A DNA stretch of 49,844 nt, from NCBI GenBank assembly GCA_029856685.1, contig JAHKKZ010000003.1, forward strand, positions 1 to 49,844. The letters are read 5' to 3'. Every line of letters begins with the position of its first letter. Positions within the stretch are counted from its first letter, which is position 1. The position numbers and the translations under genes were made by a program. This document shows positions 17,583 to 26,896 of this stretch, in pieces. The DNA comes from Candidatus Njordarchaeota archaeon (GTDB taxonomy: Archaea; Asgardarchaeota; Njordarchaeia; Njordarchaeales; Panguiarchaeaceae). Below the pieces are notes generated by a model, which worked only from the letters and a program-made list of their open reading frames with translations, was not told where the DNA came from and did no database searches.

Positions 17583-19187
17583 TTATTCCCCATGTTCTTT
17601 TATTCCTACTCTTCGTTCTATTAGCTTCTTTAAATCAAAATATTGTGGACGGGGATAGTTTGATGCTTCTAATCCTCGCGGGATGTCTCTAATATATTTT
17701 CTGACGGTTTCTGGCCATGAATCCCTTTCGAAGCCTTTTTGAGCAAGAAACGCTAATACCCAACGCTCTATTCCAAAACCGCTACAACCAGTCCACAATG
17801 TTTTTTCTGCTGCATGGCGGATTCTAAAAGCTTTTGTATATTTCGCTCCATGTATTGAGATATTCCCTATTTCAAGCCAATTTCTATGATCCTCTCTATC
17901 GCCTTTATATGGCAGATATGCCTCGAAGTCTATTGTTCCCGGTTGATTAATATCAATTTCCTCTTTCATCTCTTCTGTCTCCCCCGCATGAACTAAGAAC
18001 CATGGTGTAACCCAAGCCCATCGCCATTCCAAATCTAGCGCTTTATCCATGAAGTATTCGTATCGTTCAAGTAACCTATTTCTAATTTCTATCACCTGTT
18101 CTGGAGTACCTAACCAGACAATCTCAACTCTATGGAATTCAACTAGTCTTTCTATTCCTCTTAATCCCCCTGCTCCTTCCCATCTAAAAGATGGACCTGA
18201 CCTGTCAAACCATTTCAAGGGAAGATGCTTATCTGTGAATATGGTCTTTGATAAGAACCTATAGAAGGGAGGGCATTGAGCGAAGCATAGGTAATATTTT
18301 GGAGGCTCAACGAATTTTTGTAGAAATTCTAAGTCCGCCTCGCCATAGATTGATACATAGTCTTGCCACGCCTCAAATTCTTCGATATTATAGGATATTG
18401 GAAGACTTGCAAACACCATCTGGTTCGGCGTTCCCTTGAGGTGCCCAGTTTTGAGGCCTATCTCTATGGGTTCCATTTTCGGGAATATTGCTTCAACGAA
18501 GCCTAATGGTTTAAGAACAATATCAATTAGCATTTCCTCAAATTTCCTGAAGATATATGTGAATGGAGGAGTAAAGAACCATTGGCCAGGCGCGATATTG
18601 CTTATCCATCCTATTCGTTCTAAAATTACGTTAGGATCATCTTTGAATATTATTCTCTTTTTTCTACTTTCCTTGATTTTCTGCCAATGTTCTATCTTTC
18701 CACCCCATCTTTTTCGCTGCTCCTTTTCTTCGATTAGGGATATTAATCTTTGAAGTATTGGTTTCTGCAATAAGGATTCTTCAAGGGGTTTCAAGGTTAT
18801 TACTGTTTGGCCCTCCTTAGTCTCAATTTTCTCAACTATCGGCACCTCAACACCAACACTGAATTCCTCATCTAGCTCTATCCTCACATCTTTTAGGAGA
18901 AGGGATCTTATTCCAATTTTATACTTTCGACCAAGTATTGGAGCTAGATTATTTTTTATTCGAAGTATAGCCACATGTATAGGCACTGCTCTCCCAGATT
19001 CCATATTGAAGAATATTTCATCATCCTTTATAACAAAACTTGTTATCCTTGCTCCGTCTTCTGGGTGCTTAGCACCTTTCAGTAAAACCTCCTTATTCAG
19101 TTTCTCCACGAGACTTTTTAACTCTTCGGCAAAATCCCTAGGCGGTTGTTTTGAGAGTTTAAGAACAGCTTCCCCATAAAACCTCAT
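17583..19187 (-). CDS. serS: Seryl-tRNA synthetase, methanogen-type (type 2)
   Basis: N-terminal LSK...LLKGA domain; Zn-ligand motifs AQCPPFY, EFHRVE, WTGCSGFGIERW; motif 2 FRWEG. Confidence 0.9.
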   Translation of the reverse strand: MRFYGEAVLKLSKQPPRDFAEELKSLVEKLNKEVLLKGAKHPEDGARITSFVIKDDEIFFNMESGRAVPIHVAILRIKNNLAPILGRKYKIGIRSLLLKDVRIELDEEFSVGVEVPIVEKIETKEGQTVITLKPLEESLLQKPILQRLISLIEEKEQRKRWGGKIEHWQKIKESRKKRIIFKDDPNVILERIGWISNIAPGQWFFTPPFTYIFRKFEEMLIDIVLKPLGFVEAIFPKMEPIEIGLKTGHLKGTPNQMVFASLPISYNIEEFEAWQDYVSIYGEADLEFLQKFVEPPKYYLCFAQCPPFYRFLSKTIFTDKHLPLKWFDRSGPSFRWEGAGGLRGIERLVEFHRVEIVWLGTPEQVIEIRNRLLERYEYFMDKALDLEWRWAWVTPWFLVHAGETEEMKEEIDINQPGTIDFEAYLPYKGDREDHRNWLEIGNISIHGAKYTKAFRIRHAAEKTLWTGCSGFGIERWVLAFLAQKGFERDSWPETVRKYIRDIPRGLEASNYPRPQYFDLKKLIERRVGIKEHGE

Positions 19188-19199
19188 TATTAGTGCACC

Positions 19200-19282
19200 A
19201 TATCAGCCCGCATCGGAATACTAAGTCCGGCCATCGACTCTAGATATCCCGCCTCAAGGCGAGGCTTGCTTCATCATATATA
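19200..19282 (-). ncRNA. Candidate box C/D (K-turn) RNA element in the serS leader
   Basis: ATGATGA (19277-19271) ... CTGA (19206-19203), internal hairpin CTCGCC-TTGA-GGCGGG; no rRNA target recognised. Confidence 0.4.
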
Positions 19283-19537
19283 CACTATTCGGCCAGACAA
19301 ACCCCCTCATTGACAAGCCCATAAAGCCTCTGGGGGGCATTTCATCCACGTCAAATATCATAATATACCGATTCTCACATTTATAAATTTTGTGTCTTAT
19401 TCTTTAGACCTAATCACTCTTGGGTTAATAACTACTATTATTCAAAAGAATAGTTCTATGATTTTCCTATGATCTCTTTTTTGGAATTCTAAAACAATTA
19501 ATTGAAATCTTCTTAGACTAATAAAACTCAAAATTTG

Positions 19538-20731
19538 CTAAATCCAATCGCCGATCTCGAGTTTAGAAGGCAAGTATTTCTGAGTCAGGAATCTAAATCC
19601 CTTTGATGCTAATGCCTGTATCTCTGCTTTTTCTCTTGTTCGTAACATAAGCTTTATTTCCTCAACATATTTAGGTCGTGCTTGGATAAATGGTTCCTCA
19701 AGCAGCTGTAGAGCTCTTTCTCGGTCTTTAGGAGAAAGCGGTATGCGGACATCTTTAGGTATTTGATACTTATCAAGATCGCTAGGTCTAACTCCTAGCC
19801 ATTTTATGTCTGGCGTTACTAGGAATTGTGATTCATAAGAGAGTCTCTTTGAGCCTACAGCATATACAAGGAGTATGTGGAGACCATAGGGATCCGAGTC
19901 TACCAATCCGAAGACTGGTAGTTTGAGTTCTTTTACTAGAAGTTTCAGGAAAGCTCTTGTTCCTATGTCTGCCTGTCCTTTGCCAGTTATTATTATCGAG
20001 GGAAATCTATCGTAGAATCTATCTTCCGCCAATCGGATAAAAGCTGCTTCTTTCTCAACAACTAATATAAATTCTGCATCGGAGTCTAATATCTCTATTG
20101 TGTCTATAAGTGGTGTTATTGCTTTTCCACCCGTTCCCATTTTGGTGCAGTCTATTATATCCCTTCCCTCTCTAAAAACTAGTCGGCCTATGACCGCCCC
20201 CTTGGCGCTTGCAACCACATGCAATGACCATCTATCGACACCTAACATGGCTGCGACGTCTTCTAATGCCTCATCACTATCCCTTTGTTCTTCAAATAAA
20301 ACAACATCATTATAAAACACTTCTCTCTTTGTTGCATGTATATCTTCTTCTAGGAGTTCATGGACTATATCTAATATGCGCGCTATTATCGTCGCTTTTC
20401 TTATTGATTGAAGAGAACCTAATGAGCTATGCCGGTATATCTGCTTAAGGAAAATAACATCTTGTATTGCATCGTATATGACGTTTTTAGGATCTCTAGA
20501 GGGATACACAAACTCAGGTACTTTGCCCCTGAGAATTTCTCTGAATATATTTTCTATTAATGCATGAATTTCCTTGTGTAGAATTTCCCGAGGTTTTCTT
20601 TCAACTTTGATAGCATCGGACGGCACCACTACTTCATGTTGTTCTATTTTTCTTAAAATCTCTTTCCGCAATTTCTTTACTTTCTTGAGAACTCTTCTTA
20701 CTGAAGCTCCATCGGTCTTTCTTTTTGACAT
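19538..20731 (-). CDS. top6A: DNA topoisomerase VI subunit A (Spo11-like)
   Basis: TKREVFY (catalytic Tyr), VEKEAAF, DSDPYG, KAEIQAL. Confidence 0.95.
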   Translation of the reverse strand: MSKRKTDGASVRRVLKKVKKLRKEILRKIEQHEVVVPSDAIKVERKPREILHKEIHALIENIFREILRGKVPEFVYPSRDPKNVIYDAIQDVIFLKQIYRHSSLGSLQSIRKATIIARILDIVHELLEEDIHATKREVFYNDVVLFEEQRDSDEALEDVAAMLGVDRWSLHVVASAKGAVIGRLVFREGRDIIDCTKMGTGGKAITPLIDTIEILDSDAEFILVVEKEAAFIRLAEDRFYDRFPSIIITGKGQADIGTRAFLKLLVKELKLPVFGLVDSDPYGLHILLVYAVGSKRLSYESQFLVTPDIKWLGVRPSDLDKYQIPKDVRIPLSPKDRERALQLLEEPFIQARPKYVEEIKLMLRTREKAEIQALASKGFRFLTQKYLPSKLEIGDWI

Positions 20732-20954
20732 AAATTTTCACTCCGTGACACTCACGGTTCATAATAAGTATTCCTACTTTTAAGACATAAAATGTCTCAA
20801 CACATAATTAGCACTTTAATTCTGAGGGAAAATTATTTTCAATATCATACCACTTCACCAAACTACTTCCCTCGAAACACACTTTTGTATCTATACTTTC
20901 TGAGTGCTACCTTATAGTCAGTATGAAATTATTAGGATAGGGGTGAACATCACT

Positions 20955-21125
20955 ATGAATCGGATGATTAAACGATTAGTTAAATTTCTCCAAGATAATA
21001 GGGGATCCCCTCTCGTCGAAGAGGGGCTTTTGATAGGATTAGCTATGATACTTTTCCTCGTAATCGTGGGTATCGTGGGCAATATTATCGATTGGATCAA
21101 TAGCCTTGCAAGTGAGATACCATGA
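20955..21125 (+). CDS. Small class III signal-peptide protein (Flp/type IV pilin-like)
   Basis: FLQDNRG|SPLVE plus hydrophobic helix; E at +5; SD GGGTGA upstream. Confidence 0.7.
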   Translation: MNRMIKRLVKFLQDNRGSPLVEEGLLIGLAMILFLVIVGIVGNIIDWINSLASEIP

Positions 21126-21409
21126 GCACATCTATGTTACACAATATTATGAGGCTATCAGATACGGACAACGTAAAAACAATTGAGGATCTCTTGGAGG
21201 GAATCCTTAGGTTACCGCAGATTATCACATCATTAATTACTGAGGCAATCCTATTGATCGTACATATGATCCTATTCATCGGCATTCTACTTATTATGTG
21301 GGGTGCTTTGGAATGGTTATCGGGTTGGAATGAGATTTCTGGTAAGAAGAATGTGATTAGAGGCGTGGCATTATTGCTACTTGCCTCAGCACTAGGGATT
21401 TACCTATGA
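21122..21409 (+). CDS. Small two-TM membrane protein (VirB2/CedA1-like pilin architecture)
   Basis: Two hydrophobic helices separated by W...GKK.V.RG; overlaps both neighbours (ATGA). Confidence 0.5.
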   Translation: MSTSMLHNIMRLSDTDNVKTIEDLLEGILRLPQIITSLITEAILLIVHMILFIGILLIMWGALEWLSGWNEISGKKNVIRGVALLLLASALGIYL

Positions 21410-22035
21410 ATTTGTTTCTACCGACAGTTTCTACCAATACGATATTCTTTGGAATAGCCCTAGCCCTATTCTTATTAGATTTAATAGTCGTCCTGAAAAA
21501 TATGACGTCTTTAGGCACATATCTAAAAATGAAGTCTCTTAGTAACTACAGACACAATATCGATTTTCTACTTTCGCTTATTGCAGTAGAGATGAAATCT
21601 TTAGGACATATAATAAGAATGTTAGATGAATTTCAGATACCAGAGGCTCTTAGAAAAGAAGTGGTAGCTTATATTAATGATGCCATATTTTTTCATTCCA
21701 AAAGGGAAGAATTTACCCGCATGTATCCCTTTTTATCCTCCCTAATATGTTCCGACAACATATTTTTCCGAGTACCAAGCAAAATCCTAGATGACATGTA
21801 TCTTTCTAAGAAGAAAGAATTGATTGAAAAACAACGGATATCCCTAGATGAACTAGATGAGATGCTAAGTATCTATTTTTTCTCCCTATTTTTATTTCCA
21901 CTAGTAATGTATCAGATAGCGCTTCTAACAGGACGGTATTTCTGGCTTCTGATCCCAACTATCTTTTATTTGCTAGTTTCTATACATCAACGTAAAAAAC
22001 TATTTGCTGAAAAAGATTACGAATCGAGCAACTAA
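21406..22035 (+). CDS. Membrane protein, TadB/TadC (T2SS-F)-like
   Basis: N-terminal TM, DFLLSLIAVEMKS helix, coiled segment, two C-terminal TMs. Confidence 0.5.
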   Translation: MNLFLPTVSTNTIFFGIALALFLLDLIVVLKNMTSLGTYLKMKSLSNYRHNIDFLLSLIAVEMKSLGHIIRMLDEFQIPEALRKEVVAYINDAIFFHSKREEFTRMYPFLSSLICSDNIFFRVPSKILDDMYLSKKKELIEKQRISLDELDEMLSIYFFSLFLFPLVMYQIALLTGRYFWLLIPTIFYLLVSIHQRKKLFAEKDYESSN

Positions 22036-22042
22036 AACTGGT

Positions 22043-22081
22043 CATTCTATGCCTAGAGAAGGTATTACTAGGCGTAGAATG
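22043..22081 (+). other. 14-bp stem-loop after the pilin-like operon
   Basis: CATTCTATGCCTAG-N11-CTAGGCGTAGAATG with a single G.U pair on the + strand. Confidence 0.6.
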
Positions 22082-22224
22082 TAACCTTCATTTTGTCATA
22101 TGCCTTTTTCACTCTTCGGACAAGACACCATCCAGAGGCTTTCTAGCTATTGAATATATCGTAAATGAATACACTTAAATACGGCTAATAATTTTATCGA
22201 ACAAGGGGTATAAGGTGATGGTCT

Positions 22225-23877
22225 ATGGCTGGTGCAGAAACACGTAAGGCTATCCCTGTCTTAGTATTAAAGGAGGGGACGCGACGTTCATATGGTACTG
22301 AGGCCTTAAGAAATAATATTCTTGCAGCAACAACACTCGCAAGAATGATGAAGACTAGTCTTGGTCCACGAGGATTAGACAAAATGCTTGTAGATCAGTT
22401 TGGAGATGTTGTAATAACTAATGATGGCGCAACTATACTCGATGAGATAGATATTGTCCATCCTGGAGCCAAATTCCTAGCAAAACTTTCCAAGTCACAG
22501 GACATTGAGGTCGGAGATGGAACGACAACCGTTGTAGTCCTTGCCGGCGAACTACTAAGCAAGGCCGAGGAACTTCTGGATAATGATATTCACCCAACAA
22601 AGATCATAGATGGGTACCTAATGGCTTTGAGAAAATCACTCGAAATTCTTGATAGCCTGGCAATAAAGATAGATCCAAATAAGAAAGAGGAAGTATTAAA
22701 AGTCGCTAAGACCTGCATCGCATCTAAGACTATCGCTCCGTACGCAGATCACTTTGCAAGCATCGCATACGAAGCTGTAAAGACAATCAGGTATGAGGAA
22801 AACGGTCGACTTAGGATTCCACTTGATGAAATAAAAATAGAAAAGAAAGAAGGAGGAAGCTTAACAGACACAGAGCTTATTTATGGCATTGTACTCGATA
22901 AAGAAATAGTACACCACAGAATGCCTAGAAAAGTTGAGGATGCAAAAATTCTTTTGATAGCATACCCACTAGAACTTGAAAAAAGCGAATTTGCCGATGT
23001 TCATGTATTCGCAGGAAAAACTTCAATAGATGCGCTTCTACGCTGGGAAAAAGAAAAACTCCAAGAGATGGCAGAAAAAATTATAAAGACGGGAGCAAAT
23101 GTCGTTATTTGCCAAAAAGGTATTGATGATATAGTACAACATTACTTAGCTAAAAACGGAATACTAGCTGTCAGAAGAGTCAAGAAAAGCGATATGGAAA
23201 AAATCGCTAAGGCTACTGGCGCGAAGATTATACAAAACGAAGAATTTTTAAGTTCTGATGCCCTAGGCTACGCAAATATTGTTGAGGAAAGGAAAGTTGG
23301 CGATGAAACAATGATATTTATCCGTGGATGCAAGAATCCGAGAGCAGTCTCGATTCTTATTCGGGGTGGCTCAAAGTTAACTGTAGAAGAGGCAGAAAGA
23401 AATCTAAAAGATCTGCTCCATGCAGTGAAAAATGTTATGCTTGACCCACGAATACTTCCTGCAGGCGGAGCACCTGAAATGGCCATTGCAATAAAGCTAC
23501 GTGAATTTGCTGAAAGAGAGCTAAGTGGTCGACAAAGCATAGTTGTCAAAGCATTTGCAGACGCCATTGAAGCTATTCCAAGCACACTCATAGAGACAGC
23601 CGGCCTTGATCCTATCGAAGATCTCAACAGACTTCGAACCTATCACGCGCAGGCTAAACATACCTATGGTGTCGATGTTATAAATGGCGGACTAGCTGAT
23701 ATGAGAGAACTTGGATACTTTGACCCCTTTGTCGTCAAGAAGAATGCTATTGAGTCCGCTGTCGAAGCTGCTGTAATGTTACTAAGAATCGATGATATAA
23801 TCGCAGCAAAAGAGGCCTTTGAATTAAAGAAGGAAGAAACAGAAGCAGAAGAGAGAGAATCTGAAGAAGAATTCTAG
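22225..23877 (+). CDS. ths: Thermosome subunit (group II chaperonin)
   Basis: [30 protein letters not shown]. Confidence 0.97.
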   Translation: MAGAETRKAIPVLVLKEGTRRSYGTEALRNNILAATTLARMMKTSLGPRGLDKMLVDQFGDVVITNDGATILDEIDIVHPGAKFLAKLSKSQDIEVGDGTTTVVVLAGELLSKAEELLDNDIHPTKIIDGYLMALRKSLEILDSLAIKIDPNKKEEVLKVAKTCIASKTIAPYADHFASIAYEAVKTIRYEENGRLRIPLDEIKIEKKEGGSLTDTELIYGIVLDKEIVHHRMPRKVEDAKILLIAYPLELEKSEFADVHVFAGKTSIDALLRWEKEKLQEMAEKIIKTGANVVICQKGIDDIVQHYLAKNGILAVRRVKKSDMEKIAKATGAKIIQNEEFLSSDALGYANIVEERKVGDETMIFIRGCKNPRAVSILIRGGSKLTVEEAERNLKDLLHAVKNVMLDPRILPAGGAPEMAIAIKLREFAERELSGRQSIVVKAFADAIEAIPSTLIETAGLDPIEDLNRLRTYHAQAKHTYGVDVINGGLADMRELGYFDPFVVKKNAIESAVEAAVMLLRIDDIIAAKEAFELKKEETEAEERESEEEF

Positions 23878-23890
23878 CCTTTTTTATTTC
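23878..23890 (+). terminator. Oligo-T terminator after thermosome gene
   Basis: CCTTTTTTATTTC immediately after the stop codon. Confidence 0.5.
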
Positions 23891-23973
23891 TACCATTTAA
23901 TCTTTTCTGGCGAAGTCTCGAAGGAGATCAGTTACCACCTACCAGCTTAGAAAGTTCTACTATAGGAGCCCAA

Positions 23974-24038
23974 GAAATCAGTGTAACTATGATTCTTCAT
24001 CGCATTTTCGCTCTGGCTTGCCGGGTTCTCATCACCTG
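23974..24038 (-). ncRNA. Box C/D sRNA guiding 23S rRNA H69/H71 region
   Basis: GTGATGA-gaacccggcaagc-CAGA...ATGAAGA-atcatagttaca-CTGA; guides complementary (10 bp each) to conserved CUUGCCGGGU and GUAACUAUGA. Confidence 0.88.
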
Positions 24039-24139
24039 AAGGATTATATTAGTCGTTACAAATATTTTTTAACACATTTTAACACAAATTAATTTATATG
24101 TTTTTAGGATTTGTTGAACTGTTGAGGGTCTTGATAAGA

Positions 24140-24628
24140 ATGTCGGACGATGAGCTAAAGGAGCTTACTCCCGAGGAAATAGAAGCTCTAAGAGCCATGT
24201 TTTTTAAGGAAATCTCTGCGGGTCCTGCTGAGGAGCTTAGATTGATAGTTCATCCAGAACTCGAACAGCTACTATACAATAATGTGGATATTATGGCTGC
24301 ACTCTTAGTAGATTCATCGGGATTTCCAATAGATTTTGTTACAAAATACGAAACGAAGCTTAAACAGGAGGACCTCCTGGTGATTGCAAGTGCAAATATT
24401 TGGGGATTATTTGCTGCATCGGAACGAGAAAGCATGGGTCTTAACTTAGGGCACGTTAAAAGAATAATTACTAGGACTAAAAATGGTTTTCTGTTCATAA
24501 CAAGATGTGGAGAAAATTTTGTCTTAGCAGCAATAATTAGGCCGCGAGCCAGATTAGGAGTAATAATGCGCGAACTCGCAGTAACTGCTAAAAAAATTGC
24601 AGAGAAAACATCAAATTATACGCTATAA
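24140..24628 (+). CDS. Roadblock/LC7 (MglB-like) protein with acidic N-terminal extension
   Basis: IMAALLVDSSGFPI...LNLGHVKRIITRTKNG...FVLAAII....LGVIM. Confidence 0.85.
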   Translation: MSDDELKELTPEEIEALRAMFFKEISAGPAEELRLIVHPELEQLLYNNVDIMAALLVDSSGFPIDFVTKYETKLKQEDLLVIASANIWGLFAASERESMGLNLGHVKRIITRTKNGFLFITRCGENFVLAAIIRPRARLGVIMRELAVTAKKIAEKTSNYTL

Positions 24629-24671
24629 TAAAATAGAATTTTGGAATTCTGCGACCCCTCGTTTTTCTTAG

Positions 24672-25673
24672 CTATATTTTCTCAGCTATAAAGCCTATGT
24701 ATCTCCCAACGCTCCGTAGAATTGGAGCTGACGAGAATTTATAATCGACACCTGCCAGAAACTTATGAAGTATTGAAAATCTCTTCGATTTAAAATCCAT
24801 TGGAAGTGTAGAGAAAATTCCCTTCAGGTATATAAGCCTTAGGCTATTTTTTCGTAACAAGTTATCTAGTTCAAAAATTGTATAAAAGTGTGTTGGTATC
24901 CTTACATAGCCCTGTCTTATAGGCACTCTAATTTTTGCAAATGGTCTATTAGCATAGCGTAGGGTCTTCACGAACAGAGAAAAACTACTAAGAACTTTGA
25001 ATATCCAATCTAGAGCAAATTTGTTAAGAACGGTACCTATGAAAATCCCGTTGGGACGCAAAACACGAGATATTTCCTTAAATGCTCTTGGAAAAATTAT
25101 AGAGTGATCAAGAGCACCAAACACTGCTAAAACAACATCAAAGATCGCATCTTTGAACGGCAAAAACTCCGCGGGGGCGCAGATAAAGTCTATGTTTCTT
25201 GCAGATAGAGCTTTAGATACTATCTTAGCTTCAAATAGGGCTTTAAGAGAGATGTCAATCCCAACGGCCCTAAATCTAATGTTTGTACTTATCCGCTGGA
25301 GGTACTCTCTTATTAGCCATAGTTCCCAACCGCTTCCACAACCTACGGACAGTATGTTAAGCTTTTTGATATTTCTGCTACCAATCAGATATCCCAGTCC
25401 ATGGATAATAAGCTCGGCTTGTTGTCGCCTTAAATGCCTAAACCAATCACTTCTTGATGCTCTCCAAGTATTTGGGGGGATCCGCCTATAAGCAGAGATT
25501 ACTTTTCTAAGATGCCTATGAAGGATTGTTGGATAGATTATTGGAACTCCGTGATATATCCTATAGATGCGATTTGAAGATTTTATGTATCCACCTAAAA
25601 TCTCGCCATCAGACTTCGCTGCATATAGCTCATCAACTCGTATGAGAAGAAAATCAAGGATCCATTCATACAT
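24672..25673 (-). CDS. Class I SAM methyltransferase with N-terminal Trm112-like segment
   Basis: LSVGCGSG, GIDIS, AEFLPFKD..FD, RVLRPNG; N-terminus ILDFL...EILGGYI.....Y.I..GVP. Confidence 0.8.
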   Translation of the reverse strand: MYEWILDFLLIRVDELYAAKSDGEILGGYIKSSNRIYRIYHGVPIIYPTILHRHLRKVISAYRRIPPNTWRASRSDWFRHLRRQQAELIIHGLGYLIGSRNIKKLNILSVGCGSGWELWLIREYLQRISTNIRFRAVGIDISLKALFEAKIVSKALSARNIDFICAPAEFLPFKDAIFDVVLAVFGALDHSIIFPRAFKEISRVLRPNGIFIGTVLNKFALDWIFKVLSSFSLFVKTLRYANRPFAKIRVPIRQGYVRIPTHFYTIFELDNLLRKNSLRLIYLKGIFSTLPMDFKSKRFSILHKFLAGVDYKFSSAPILRSVGRYIGFIAEKI

Positions 25674-25697
25674 TACAGCACCACACTTTTGCTGTTT

Positions 25698-26543
25698 TTA
25701 TTCTGACATCACAATTTCTGTTTCAAGAACATCATAAAATCTCATTATGTAGATCTCCTCATCTTTAGAATAGGCCTTAATAATTACTTCCTTATCCTTC
25801 AGCCGATCTTTGGGTGGCTCTTTAAAGTATATGGCCTGAAACACTCCCGAACTGTCAGCTAGAAGATATCGCCATATGCGTTCTGTTACTGGTTGGTCTA
25901 TTTGACCATGTTCTGGGCAATACCAAGAATCTTCGACCATCTCAACACCCTTGCCACACAGCGGACATGCGGAATATTCGCTGGTGATCTCTTCTAAAAC
26001 GATAGCTTTCACTAACCATGCGCCTCTGTGCTCCATTACAAACTTTAGTGACTCAGCCCAAGCAGGTTTGAGCTCTGTTATCGGAGGGAGCGTAGTATCG
26101 TCTAGAATCTCAATGACAGAATTCTCTGTGACTTTTATTCCAGAATACTTTTCGAGCCTCATCTTAGTATAGCCACGTATCATTATGACATTATCCTCAT
26201 TACTGCGAAGAATTTCAACGTTATGTTCTCCGAATGCCACGCCCAGAACACGCCTTCGCTCATCAACTATGCTAAAAAGAACGAATGGCGTTCTTTCTTG
26301 AGTACCCTTCGTGTATCTCACTGGACCTACTTCCACAATCCTACCTATAATAGGTGGGTAAAATAAATCGTATGACTCTACACCAAAACGCCTAGCAACA
26401 ATAATTGCTGCCGCTCTAGGGCTCAGTTTCCCTTCCGTCTTATTCATTAGATCCCTAACTAGGTTATCAAACTCTTCTCTTGATATATCCGAACGCATTT
26501 TAACAAGCTTATACACATCGTTATATTCCTCCGAGCTCACCAT
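25698..26543 (-). CDS. Replication protein A large-subunit-like (OB folds plus Zn finger)
   Basis: N-terminal helical domain (AAAIIVARRFGV), OB fold, ACPLCGK...CPEHG...LADSSG. Confidence 0.8.
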   Translation of the reverse strand: MVSSEEYNDVYKLVKMRSDISREEFDNLVRDLMNKTEGKLSPRAAAIIVARRFGVESYDLFYPPIIGRIVEVGPVRYTKGTQERTPFVLFSIVDERRRVLGVAFGEHNVEILRSNEDNVIMIRGYTKMRLEKYSGIKVTENSVIEILDDTTLPPITELKPAWAESLKFVMEHRGAWLVKAIVLEEITSEYSACPLCGKGVEMVEDSWYCPEHGQIDQPVTERIWRYLLADSSGVFQAIYFKEPPKDRLKDKEVIIKAYSKDEEIYIMRFYDVLETEIVMSE

Positions 26544-26636
26544 GAATATTACCCATATTAATCAGCGAACCACATCATCTGATAAGTCAAACTTTAAAAA
26601 GACATAAATATTAAAAGACAAACTTCGAAGAAAAAA

Positions 26637-26711
26637 GCCCCGGTGGTGTAGAAGGCCAAGCATCCCGGCCTTTCAAGCCGGGGATCGCGGGTTCAAGTCC
26701 CGCCCGGGGCA
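26637..26711 (+). tRNA. tRNA-Glu(TTC)
   Basis: GCCCCGG/CCGGGGC acceptor, CCGGC-CTTTCAA-GCCGG, T-loop TTCAAGT. Confidence 0.96.
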
Positions 26712-26807
26712 CTAACACTATATTCTTTCTGGAAGATAAATTCCTCAAACAATAAAATATCCTTGTCATTAAGGACGAATAACATCATATTGTTTCTTCA
26801 AACGTAT

Positions 26808-26843
26808 TGATATACTCTAACTCATGTATATCATTTTATAAAA
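26808..26843 (+). promoter_or_regulatory. Actin promoter: palindrome TGATATAC-N10-GTATATCA abutting TATA box TTTTATAAAA
   Basis: Perfect 8-bp inverted repeat 26808-26833 directly 5' of TATA 26834-26843. Confidence 0.55.
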
Positions 26844-26896
26844 GAGATAATGAAGTAATATTCGGTGAAATATCAATTTAATAATAATGCTAGGAG

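Noticed and set aside
19230-19280. ATGA...GA as a eukaryote/Asgard-type SECIS
   Set aside because: Upstream top6A has no in-frame TGA and the apical AA geometry does not fit.
26808-26833. Palindrome as an Xer dif site
   Set aside because: The spacer is too long for the 11-6-11 dif layout; position next to a TATA box favours an operator.
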